Positions 18,011 through 26,453 of a stretch of DNA of 64,000 bases are shown one piece after another; position 1 is the first letter of the stretch, and each line of letters opens with the position of its first letter. A program made the translations under genes and the position numbers. This stretch comes from Thermodesulfobacteriota bacterium (lineage in GTDB: Bacteria; Desulfobacterota_D; UBA1144; Nemesobacterales; Mycalebacteriaceae): positions 960,001 to 1,024,000 of the forward strand of contig OZ245366.1 of NCBI GenBank assembly GCA_965226585.1, written 5' to 3'. The notes beneath the pieces were generated by a model. That model saw only the letters and a list, made by a program, of their open reading frames with translations. It had not been told where the DNA came from and searched no databases.

Positions 18011-20350
18011 CTAAAAAGACGCGCCTATTGAGAAGTTTATTTGTTTTCTCTCCTCAAAGGGCTGTCTGTCTATAGGATAACCTATTTCAATCTTAATCAA
18101 ACCCAAAGGCGAGCGCCACCAGAAACCGTAGCCGTAGTCTTTGCGCAGGGCGTCCGGGTTGATTGAAAGCGGAGCCACGAGGTTTCCGTTCTGGTCGCCC
18201 CCGAAAACATTGCCCATGCCGTAAAACAAAACCCCGTAAAGACCAAGAGATTTGATAATCGGCACGGCGAGGTCTGCTTTCGCGAATATTCTCTCCGTTC
18301 CGCCCAGAGAGCCGACAACCTGCCCCTGCGCGCCCAGCGCCGGAATTCTCAGCTGTCTGTAATCGTAGCCGCGAAGGTCTCCCGACCCGCCGAGGAAAAG
18401 TCTTTCGTCCGCCGCGTGTGAGTTTCCGCTGCTTCCTCCGCGAAGAAAAATTCTGTCGTATCTTACTTTAAGGAAAAGGAACGCGCCCCGGAAAATGGGA
18501 ACCCACGAGTTACCTTCAAAAACCATCTTGCTCAAATTCGTGTCGCCGCCGAAAGGTCCCGAATGTTCGTAAAGTATCAGCGCCCTGTACCCGCTTGTGG
18601 GAAACTGGTAGTTGTCTCGGTTGTCCCAGCTTATGTCCGCTCCCACCGCGCTGATGATTCCCTTTGATTCCACATAGCCCACGGCAGCCGCCGCCGCGGT
18701 CGGGTTCGCAATGGCAAGCTGTTCCCACCGGTGATACACGCGCCCCCACAACTGGCGGTATATGGATTTGCCGATTCCGATTGTTGTTCCCGTTGAGTCT
18801 GTGTCGTAGTCAACGTAGTCCCTCTCTATGCGGTGGAGGGAAATATCAAATGTCCAGTCCGTGTCCAGAAAGTTTCTGTCGCTGTATCTGAAATTGTAGG
18901 TGTCCGTTATGTCTCCGAAATTCGCGCTTGCCTCAACCGCTTTGCCGTATCCAAAAAAGTTCGCCTCTTTGATTGAGCCGAAGAATATGAAATCTTCAAT
19001 GGAGCTTACGCCCGCCCCGAGGTTGAACTGCGCCGTTGACGCTTCGGCAACTGAAACCGTGATGTCCAGCTCATCGGGTCTTGTTTCCGACTGCTTGCTT
19101 TGAACCTGAATTGATTCAGGGTCAAAAAATCCGAGCCGCCCCACAAGCGGTCTTATAAGGGAGAGGTCGCCCGATTTGAAAAGCTGTCCCTCAACAACCG
19201 GAATTTCTCGCCTGATAACCTTGTCCAGAGTTTTGTCGTTGCCGACTATGTCTACCCTTCCGATTTTGAACACTTCGCCCTTTTCAACAACAAAGGTTAT
19301 GAACACTCCGGGCTTTCCGTCTGCAGTGGGCTGTTTTATCACAGAGGGCTGAACATTCACGTTGGCGTAGCCCTGATTTGTGTAGAGAGAGGTGAGCAAG
19401 TTTATGCTTGATGAAAGTTTTGTGCTTCCATACGCCTCGCCCTCTTTCAAGCTCATTCTGTAGAGAGCTTCCTCAATGCTGACTTCGGGCGGCGGCTCAA
19501 TCCCTTTAAGCTCAATGCCGGACACGACATACTTTTTGCCTTCAACCACATCAAACCGCACGGCATAAGAGTTTTTCTTCCTGTTGCGTGTCAACTGAGG
19601 CCCCGTAACCTGCGCGTCAAGATACCCTTCATCCAGATAGGCGAACTTGATGCGATCCGCGTCTCTGTCTATCTCCTCTTTTATGAAAAGCCCTTTCTGT
19701 CCGAGGCTGTAAAATCTGCGCGGAGAACTGAAGATTCTTTTCTTCAAATCTTTGACTTTTATTTCCTGCGTTCCGGCAATCTCAACGGACGAGATTTTTT
19801 CCTTTGAGCCTTCTTCAATTTTGTACGAAACGCTCACGCCGCCGGCTTCGGGCTCTATTTGATAGGTAACCTCGGTGTTGCCGTAGCCGTCTTTGGCATA
19901 CAGGGCAACTATGTTGCGGGATTCGGCGTGTATTCTGCCCGCGCCAACTATCTGGTTTTTCTGAATGGTGATGACTTCCTCTATTTTGTCATCTTCAATC
20001 TCATCGTTTCCCCTGAAAGAGAGGTCAACAACAACAGGGTTTTCCGTAACCGTGTAGATAAGTTTCACGCCGGACGGCGAAACCTCTTTCTCAACCGAAA
20101 CGTCATAAAAATTTCCTGTCGCGTAAATCTTTTTTATGTCTTCGGCAATGGCGGACTCGTTGTATTCCTTCCCTGTTCTTTGGGAGATAAGAGCCTCCAC
20201 AAAGTCGGTTCCTATCCTGTTTGAGCCCTCAATAACGATTTCGGAAACCGGGGCGGCTTCGGCGTGGCGGGCAAACCCTCCCGCGGCAAAGACAAGGACA
20301 ACGGCAAAAACGACAATCAGTTTTTTCACAAAATCCGCCAGTTTAAGCAT
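18011..20350 (-). CDS. bamA: Outer membrane protein assembly factor BamA
   Basis: POTRA repeats (GNDKTLDKVIRRE), LGGSGDLRGY, WRSPLGLIK, C-terminal Phe. Confidence 0.95.
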   Translation of the reverse strand: MLKLADFVKKLIVVFAVVLVFAAGGFARHAEAAPVSEIVIEGSNRIGTDFVEALISQRTGKEYNESAIAEDIKKIYATGNFYDVSVEKEVSPSGVKLIYTVTENPVVVDLSFRGNDEIEDDKIEEVITIQKNQIVGAGRIHAESRNIVALYAKDGYGNTEVTYQIEPEAGGVSVSYKIEEGSKEKISSVEIAGTQEIKVKDLKKRIFSSPRRFYSLGQKGLFIKEEIDRDADRIKFAYLDEGYLDAQVTGPQLTRNRKKNSYAVRFDVVEGKKYVVSGIELKGIEPPPEVSIEEALYRMSLKEGEAYGSTKLSSSINLLTSLYTNQGYANVNVQPSVIKQPTADGKPGVFITFVVEKGEVFKIGRVDIVGNDKTLDKVIRREIPVVEGQLFKSGDLSLIRPLVGRLGFFDPESIQVQSKQSETRPDELDITVSVAEASTAQFNLGAGVSSIEDFIFFGSIKEANFFGYGKAVEASANFGDITDTYNFRYSDRNFLDTDWTFDISLHRIERDYVDYDTDSTGTTIGIGKSIYRQLWGRVYHRWEQLAIANPTAAAAAVGYVESKGIISAVGADISWDNRDNYQFPTSGYRALILYEHSGPFGGDTNLSKMVFEGNSWVPIFRGAFLFLKVRYDRIFLRGGSSGNSHAADERLFLGGSGDLRGYDYRQLRIPALGAQGQVVGSLGGTERIFAKADLAVPIIKSLGLYGVLFYGMGNVFGGDQNGNLVAPLSINPDALRKDYGYGFWWRSPLGLIKIEIGYPIDRQPFEERKQINFSIGASF

Positions 20351-21020
20351 CCGCCAGTCTGCCTCCGCTAATTACGACAGTTCTGTCAAATCTTTCGGAC
20401 AACTCTCTGCTGTGCGTGGCAACAACAAGCGCGGTGTTTTTTCTGTCTCTCATTGAAAACATCAAATCCGCCACAAGGGAAGAGGTTTTTGAGTCCAGAT
20501 TTCCGGTTGGCTCATCGGCGAGAACAATATCGGGTTCAGACACAAGCGCGCGCGCTATGGCGACCCTCTGCTGCTGTCCGGCGGAAAGTTCATCGGGGTA
20601 GCTGTGGAGTTTGTCCGCAAGTTCCATTTCGCGCAAAAGTTGTTCCGCTTTTTTGAATGCATCCCCTTTTCCCTCGCCCGATATGAGAAGCGGGAAGCTC
20701 ACGTTTTCAAGAGCGGTGAACGCTCCGAGCAGGTTGTGAGACTGAAAAACAAATCCCATTCTGCGCCGTACTCCCCCGCTTAAAACAGAGTCCGGAGCGG
20801 ATGAGTAAGATTCGCCTTTGAAAAAAATTTCTCCGCTGGTCGGGGTTTCCAGAGCGCCCAGCATATTAAGCAAAGTGGTTTTTCCTTCTCCTGATTTTCC
20901 TTCTATTGAAACGCTCTCGCCACTGCCTACAACAAAATCCACTCCGTCAATCGCCTTAACGGAGTTGTGCCGGAGGTTGTATTCCTTCACCAGTTTTTTT
21001 GCTTCAATAATTATGCTCAT
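20343..21020 (-). CDS. lolD: Lipoprotein-releasing ABC transporter ATPase (LolD-like)
   Basis: Walker A GKSGEGKTT, GFVFQ, LADEPTGNLD, VATHS; adjacent to lolC/E. Confidence 0.85.
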   Translation of the reverse strand: MSIIIEAKKLVKEYNLRHNSVKAIDGVDFVVGSGESVSIEGKSGEGKTTLLNMLGALETPTSGEIFFKGESYSSAPDSVLSGGVRRRMGFVFQSHNLLGAFTALENVSFPLLISGEGKGDAFKKAEQLLREMELADKLHSYPDELSAGQQQRVAIARALVSEPDIVLADEPTGNLDSKTSSLVADLMFSMRDRKNTALVVATHSRELSERFDRTVVISGGRLADA

Positions 21021-22267
21021 TGAACTTTCAACTTCGAGGCGATACTGCCGGAACGTACACTGCGCGCCGGATAGAGCGCGGCAAGAACACAGAGCGACTG
21101 GCTTATTGCTCCGACAACGAGAAAGTGCAGAGGCTCTATAATAACAGGGAATTTTGATATTCCATAAACATCGGGGTCAAACGGAATAAGCCCCGACACG
21201 GTCGCGCTGGTTTCAAGCAGATAGCACACGCCAAGGGCAAGCGCAGAACCCGTAAAAGTTCCCGCGAAACCGAGTGTCGCCCCTATGATGACAAAGATGT
21301 TTCCTATCTGTTTTGTAGAAGCCCCGGCGGCGCGCAGGATTGAGATATCTCTGCTTTTTTCAATCATCATCATAAGCAGAACGCTCATCACGCTCAGGGC
21401 GGCAACAAGAACTATGAAGCCCAGAAAAACCGTGAGCCCCAGTTTTTCAAGGCTCAGGGCGGCGAAGAGTTTGCTGTTTGCCTCCTGCCAGCTTTGGGCG
21501 ACAAACGGAAAGCCGAGATTGTCTTCAATACTTCTCGCCGTCTGTTCGGACGCCATCGGGTTTGCGACCGCAACTTCAAAAGACACGGCGGTGTTTTTGC
21601 CGAAAAAATCCGCCGCCTCCCTTATGTTCATATACGAAGTGGTGGAGTCGTAATACGCCATTCCGTATTTAAAGATCCCGGCAACTGTGAATTCCTGCGT
21701 GCGGGGTTTTCTTTTGAACGGTTTTTTTGAATCCGCAGACGCCGCGAAGGTAACCGTGCCGCCCTCTTCAACTCCAAGGGCGGCGGCAAGTGTGTGTCCG
21801 ATAACTACCGGGGGCGGAGATGAAAAACCTTCAAGAACGGAGAAAACGCTCCGCCCGTCTTTCGTTTGCTTTCCCCGTCCCGATAATAGATAGGGAAACG
21901 TCTTTACGTGCGCCTCAGGATTTATTGCGCTGACCCTTGTTCCCTGCGAGCCGCTTGCTGAAACAAGCAATCCCGTTCCGTAGATAACCGGAGACACGCC
22001 GCTCACGCCCGGGGTCGCGCTGATTTTGTTTTCAACTTCCGCGCGATTTTCAACACCGCCGTCATAGCTTGAAACGAGTATGTGCGGAGAGGCTCCGAGA
22101 ATGGTTTTCTGCAGTTCCGTTTGAAAACCGGACATAACGGAAAGCACGATATTGAGCGAGAAAACGCCCACTCCCACACCGATAACGGATATAAGAGCGG
22201 TTGAGAATATGGCTCTGACCCTTCTTTGCGAACGCAGGTATCTAAACGCGACAAGAAGTTCAAACAT
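21017..22267 (-). CDS. Lipoprotein-releasing ABC transporter permease (LolC/E family)
   Basis: VAFRYLRS, SVMSGFQ, W...N..LFAAL.LEK, ALYPAR; MacB/FtsX topology. Confidence 0.9.
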   Translation of the reverse strand: MFELLVAFRYLRSQRRVRAIFSTALISVIGVGVGVFSLNIVLSVMSGFQTELQKTILGASPHILVSSYDGGVENRAEVENKISATPGVSGVSPVIYGTGLLVSASGSQGTRVSAINPEAHVKTFPYLLSGRGKQTKDGRSVFSVLEGFSSPPPVVIGHTLAAALGVEEGGTVTFAASADSKKPFKRKPRTQEFTVAGIFKYGMAYYDSTTSYMNIREAADFFGKNTAVSFEVAVANPMASEQTARSIEDNLGFPFVAQSWQEANSKLFAALSLEKLGLTVFLGFIVLVAALSVMSVLLMMMIEKSRDISILRAAGASTKQIGNIFVIIGATLGFAGTFTGSALALGVCYLLETSATVSGLIPFDPDVYGISKFPVIIEPLHFLVVGAISQSLCVLAALYPARSVRSGSIASKLKVQ

Positions 22268-23755
22268 CTAAGGTCTCATGTGCGGGAAGAAAAGCACTTC
22301 CCTTATGGAGGTTGAGCCGGAGAGCAGCATAACAAGGCGGTCTATGCCGATTCCCGCGCCCGCAGTCGGGGGCATTCCGTGCTCAAGGGCGGTGAGAAAA
22401 TCCTCATCCGTCTCGTGCGATTCCTCGTCTCCCTTTTTTTTCATTTCCGCTTGCGAGGCAAATCTTTTTCTCTGTTCTTGCGGGTCGTTCAACTCGGAAA
22501 AGGCGTTGGCTATTTCCCATCCGTTCACATACAGCTCAAACCTGTCCGCGATTTCCGGATTGGAATCAGACGCTCTCGCGAGCGGCGAAACGTCAAGCGG
22601 GAAACCGAAAACAAATGCGGGGTTTTTAATGTTCGCCGCCACTGTTTCCTCAAAGATTCCCGTAAGTGCTTTTCCCCGTATTCCGTCATGCCCGATGCCT
22701 AGAGAGTCCGCTTCTTTGAAGAGAAAATCGCTGTCGGTAAAAATCTTTTCCCCGTATTTTTCTCTGAGAGATTCGTAGATGTCTATCCGTTTCCACGGCG
22801 GCGAAAAGTTCAGTTCGGTTCCGTCAAAATCCACTTTTCCCCCGTTTGCGGCGGACAGGGCGAAAGATGAAATCATCTCTTCGGTCAAGTCCATCATATC
22901 TGTGTAGTCTGCGTATGCCTGATAGAACTCAATCATAGTGAATTCCGGGTTGTGCCGTGTGGAGACGCCTTCGTTTCTGAACACGCGCCCTATTTCGTAA
23001 ATCTTTTCAAGCCCGCCAATCACAAGGCGTTTCAGATACAGTTCCGGCGCGATTCGCAAAAACAGGTCCATATCAAGGGCGTTGTGGTGCGTTACAAACG
23101 GCTTTGCCGCCGCGCCGCCGGCGATGGGGTGAAGCACGGGGGTTTCCACTTCAAGGAAGCCCTTTTCTTCAAGAAAGTTTCTTATAAACCGTATGCATTC
23201 CGAGCGCAGGATAAATGTGTCTCTCACTTGCGGGTTGGCAACCATATCCAGATATCGTTTTCTGAACCGTGTTTCCACATCCTGAAGCCCGTGCCACTTT
23301 TCGGGAAGCGGGCGCAGGGTTTTTGTAAGCAGGGAGATTTTTTCCGCTTTAACCGTCAGTTCGCCGGTTTTTGTTTTGAACAGTGTTCCCGTAACCCCGG
23401 CAAAGTCTCCCGCGTCCAGATATTTGCCGACTGTTTCAAAGTCTTTTTCTGAAGTGTTCTTTTTGTTCGCGTAGCACTGGATTTTTGCCGAAGCGTCTGC
23501 CACATCAAAGAATGCGGCTTTTCCGAAACTTCGTTTAGACATCACCCTTCCCGCGATTGAGAAGCCGGCAATGGCAGAGATTTCGTCATCATTTTTGCCT
23601 TCCGTTTGCGCGAGAATTTCCTTGATGGAGGATGAGGGCTTAAAGGTGTTTGAATACGGGTTTCCCCCGCTTTCGCGGATGCCCGCTGTTTTCTCTTTTC
23701 TGAGACTGTATTCGTCGTTTTCGTTTCTTTCGGTATCAGGCGGCTTGTTGCTCAT
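22268..23755 (-). CDS. lysS: Lysyl-tRNA synthetase (class II)
   Basis: RPLPEKWHGL, LRIAPELYLKRL, FRNEG..RHNPEFT, GMPPTAGAGIGIDRL. Confidence 0.98.
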   Translation of the reverse strand: MSNKPPDTERNENDEYSLRKEKTAGIRESGGNPYSNTFKPSSSIKEILAQTEGKNDDEISAIAGFSIAGRVMSKRSFGKAAFFDVADASAKIQCYANKKNTSEKDFETVGKYLDAGDFAGVTGTLFKTKTGELTVKAEKISLLTKTLRPLPEKWHGLQDVETRFRKRYLDMVANPQVRDTFILRSECIRFIRNFLEEKGFLEVETPVLHPIAGGAAAKPFVTHHNALDMDLFLRIAPELYLKRLVIGGLEKIYEIGRVFRNEGVSTRHNPEFTMIEFYQAYADYTDMMDLTEEMISSFALSAANGGKVDFDGTELNFSPPWKRIDIYESLREKYGEKIFTDSDFLFKEADSLGIGHDGIRGKALTGIFEETVAANIKNPAFVFGFPLDVSPLARASDSNPEIADRFELYVNGWEIANAFSELNDPQEQRKRFASQAEMKKKGDEESHETDEDFLTALEHGMPPTAGAGIGIDRLVMLLSGSTSIREVLFFPHMRP

Positions 23756-23840
23756 CTGTTATCTCCGGCGGGGAACTGTAACAAGGCAACAATATACTTT
23801 TATCGGTGGTCTTTAACAAGAAGGAAACACGGGCGGGCGG

Positions 23841-25103
23841 CTATGCTCTCGCGCCGCTTTTGTATTCTGATTCAATCTCTTTCAGGCGCGCTTTTGTTTC
23901 GGCGTTTGTGCGTTTCCCGCCTTTGACGCTGTTGCAGTGTCCGCAGAGGAGTTGTTTGTTCTTGTCTTCCTCTCCGCCGCCTTTGATTTTCGGCATAATG
24001 TGGTCAACCGTCAGATTTTGATAGCGAAAGTGATAATCGCAAATCGCGCAAACGCCCGCCTGTTCGCCGTAGAGAATGGTTTTGATGTTCGGGCTGACAA
24101 CAATTCCATCTCGCTTTTGAGGAAACCCTCTTTTGTTTGTATCCCAGTGATGAAAATCCACAAACAAATTGCGTTGAGCCATTCTTATCTTGACGAGATC
24201 AACTGCTTTCACAGACTGGTCTATTCCAATCCATTTTCGCTCTAACATTTGAGATGCTACAAGTGTTGTGGCACAACCACAAAACGGGTCAAGTACAACG
24301 CCACCTTTACTACTGGACGCTTTAACTAGACGTTCCAACAAGGGGAGTGGTTTTTGAGTTGGATAACCTGTACGGCTTTTAGATTGAGAATTTTCATAGG
24401 GAATATCTGACCACCAATCATTACCGTTCATTCCCTCGCTTGGGTAGTAAATTCGTTCTTTCCCTTGATCTATTCTCTTGCGGCACCTGTTCCCCTCATC
24501 GTCTAATTGTTTGTAGTGGCTATCTATGTATGCCTGTGAACACGGCAGAGTGCAGTCGTTTTTAACTTTGTTTTTATTCTTTGAATAAAAGAGCAAAACA
24601 TCGTGTTTTTGAGCCCACTTTCTACGCTTTCCTCTTGGGCTTCTTCCTGATGTTGAATAGCACCACAACACTTCATTTAAAAAGTTTAAATGTCCAAAAA
24701 TTACATCCATTACCAGTTTCAACCAGTGGCTCATTGTCGGGTCGCAATGCAAATAGATACTTCCAGTTGGCTTGAGTAATCGCTTCATTTCAATAAGGCG
24801 GATTGCCATAACGACTAAATATGACCTGTGACTTTTTCCGCTGATTTCTCCGGCAGTATTTATAAGGTCTGAAACGGCAGGATATTTTTCTCCAATCTCT
24901 CCTATCTCCTCCGCTTTCACATCATCCATTGTCCACCAGTCTTTAAACTCCGCCCCTTCCGCTTTACTGCCAATCGGAGCGATAAAATCTTTTTTCTTAT
25001 TAAATGGCGGGTCTAAATAAATCAGGTCAACGGACTCGTCATCCATTCCCCGCATAACGGGAAGGTTGTCGCCGGTGAACAGTGTGTAAGGTTCAACGCC
25101 CAT
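23841..25103 (-). CDS. Beta-class amino (N6-A/N4-C) DNA methyltransferase fused to a C-terminal HNH endonuclease
   Basis: Motif IV DLIYLDPPFN precedes YPTQKP and motif I VLDPFCGCATT. C-terminal CAIC..VDHIMP..GG..N..LLCGHCN..KG is an HNH with Zn cysteines. Likely start ATG 25103 (MGVEPYTLFTGDNL). Confidence 0.88.
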   Translation of the reverse strand: MGVEPYTLFTGDNLPVMRGMDDESVDLIYLDPPFNKKKDFIAPIGSKAEGAEFKDWWTMDDVKAEEIGEIGEKYPAVSDLINTAGEISGKSHRSYLVVMAIRLIEMKRLLKPTGSIYLHCDPTMSHWLKLVMDVIFGHLNFLNEVLWCYSTSGRSPRGKRRKWAQKHDVLLFYSKNKNKVKNDCTLPCSQAYIDSHYKQLDDEGNRCRKRIDQGKERIYYPSEGMNGNDWWSDIPYENSQSKSRTGYPTQKPLPLLERLVKASSSKGGVVLDPFCGCATTLVASQMLERKWIGIDQSVKAVDLVKIRMAQRNLFVDFHHWDTNKRGFPQKRDGIVVSPNIKTILYGEQAGVCAICDYHFRYQNLTVDHIMPKIKGGGEEDKNKQLLCGHCNSVKGGKRTNAETKARLKEIESEYKSGARA

Positions 25104-25125
25104 TTTGACACACAGCCCGACTGTC

Positions 25126-25242
25126 TGAACAAGGCGCCGGGCCTTGTTCATCACTTCACTGAGAAGAGATTCTGCTTATTTCCCGCAAGGGTCTTGTATT
25201 CACAGAGACCCGACAACGCGGGGTCTCAATGAAGTGATGAAC
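25126..25242 (-). ncRNA. Candidate structured small RNA or 5' leader upstream of the MTase-HNH gene
   Basis: 19-bp terminal stem 25242-25224/25164-25146 with one G-U on the minus strand, internal hairpins, and an overlapping 10-bp hairpin at 25126-25150. Begins 7 nt after a consensus -10. Confidence 0.55.
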
Positions 25243-25249
25243 GGTGGAG

Positions 25250-25278
25250 AATGTATTAAGACGCGGGGGCGATGTCAA
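25250..25278 (-). promoter_or_regulatory. Sigma70-type promoter
   Basis: TTGACA (25278-25273), 17-bp spacer, TACATT (25255-25250). Confidence 0.65.
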
Positions 25279-26453
25279 ACAGCATTCAGTTTGCTTTCCC
25301 TGAACAGCGCGTAAAAAGCGAAAAATATAAAACCCGCAAGCGCGACAACCGCAAGCGCGACATACATATTGAAATACCCGAACGTATGGGCAATTCCGCC
25401 CGAAAGGAAAGTTCCCAGCATCCCGCCGAATGTGAATGACGCGCTACACACGGCAAACACCTTTGCCCTTGTTCCGTCTCCCGCCTTTTCAAGCGCGAGC
25501 AAGTAGAGAGACGGATAGACAAACCCGTGCGCCGTTCCGAAAAGCGCGCCGGAAATGGCAACGGAAAAGGCGGAGCGCGAGAAGGCGAGGATTACCACTG
25601 AAAGAAACGCCACAAATAAAAACGGCGGGCAAACCCGGTGAATTCCATACTTGTCGGGAATCCAGCCGAGAAAAATCCTTACAAACAAAACCGCCGCCGT
25701 GAAACAGACGAAAAACAGATGGAAATCCTCAACCCCCACAGATAAAGACGAAAGCGACACAAACGAAAACTCAGCCATGAAAACCCAGCCCGATATGAAC
25801 AGCATAATGGCGCCAACAACAAGCGGCTTTGAAAACGGCGGCAAAATTTTCCATCCGCCCTTCTCCCCTCCGCGCCGCGAAAAACGGTCTCTTACAAAAA
25901 ACGACACAAACACACCCGCAAGCGAAACAACAGATATGAAAGTGAACAAACCGGCAAAGCCGTCTGATGAAATTATGATTTTCCCAACATACGGAGCCAC
26001 CGCGTAGCCAATGATGGTGAACATTCCGTATATCCCCATCGCCTGAACCCTTTTCCCCTCAGGGGCAATCTCCGTGATTACCGCTCCGGCGGATGTGAAA
26101 AACAAAGAAAAAGCCGCGCCCTGAAGCATTCTGAGGGCGTATATCTCCCAGCCGAGAGAGTTGATGAAAACAAATCCCGCGCACACCAGAAACAACAGAA
26201 AAAAACCGGCGATGATAAACATCTTCCGCCCGTAGCGGTCTGCCAGAACACCTGAAAGCGGAGTGAATACCAACATACTCACACCGGAAATTCCCATTAT
26301 AAAACCTGAGTCAGACGGATTGCCGCCGAGGTCTTCTATGCGAAGGGGGAGAAGAAGAAAAGCGTGGAAAACAAAGAAAAAAAGCGCGCACGCAAAAGTG
26401 GGAAAAATAAAATCGGGAGAGAGAAAAAACTCCGCGCGACTGCGGAAACGCAT
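25275..26453 (-). CDS. Major facilitator superfamily transporter
   Basis: About 12 hydrophobic helices; motif A SGVLADRYGRK and a second copy GWIPDKYG. Confidence 0.92.
   Translation of the reverse strand: MRFRSRAEFFLSPDFIFPTFACALFFFVFHAFLLLPLRIEDLGGNPSDSGFIMGISGVSMLVFTPLSGVLADRYGRKMFIIAGFFLLFLVCAGFVFINSLGWEIYALRMLQGAAFSLFFTSAGAVITEIAPEGKRVQAMGIYGMFTIIGYAVAPYVGKIIISSDGFAGLFTFISVVSLAGVFVSFFVRDRFSRRGGEKGGWKILPPFSKPLVVGAIMLFISGWVFMAEFSFVSLSSLSVGVEDFHLFFVCFTAAVLFVRIFLGWIPDKYGIHRVCPPFLFVAFLSVVILAFSRSAFSVAISGALFGTAHGFVYPSLYLLALEKAGDGTRAKVFAVCSASFTFGGMLGTFLSGGIAHTFGYFNMYVALAVVALAGFIFFAFYALFRESKLNAV

Noticed and set aside
20560..20900. Inactive LolD (Walker A GEGKT, signature LSAGQ)
   Set aside because: The catalytic Lys, Walker B DE, D-loop and H-switch are intact, and such variants occur in active ABC ATPases.
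25146..25242. SRP (4.5S) RNA or retron msr-msd identity for the structured RNA
   Set aside because: It has CUGUGAA...UAAGCAG reminiscent of SRP but lacks the conserved CAGG-GNRA-AGCAG helix 8 motif. There is no reverse transcriptase in the window to support a retron.
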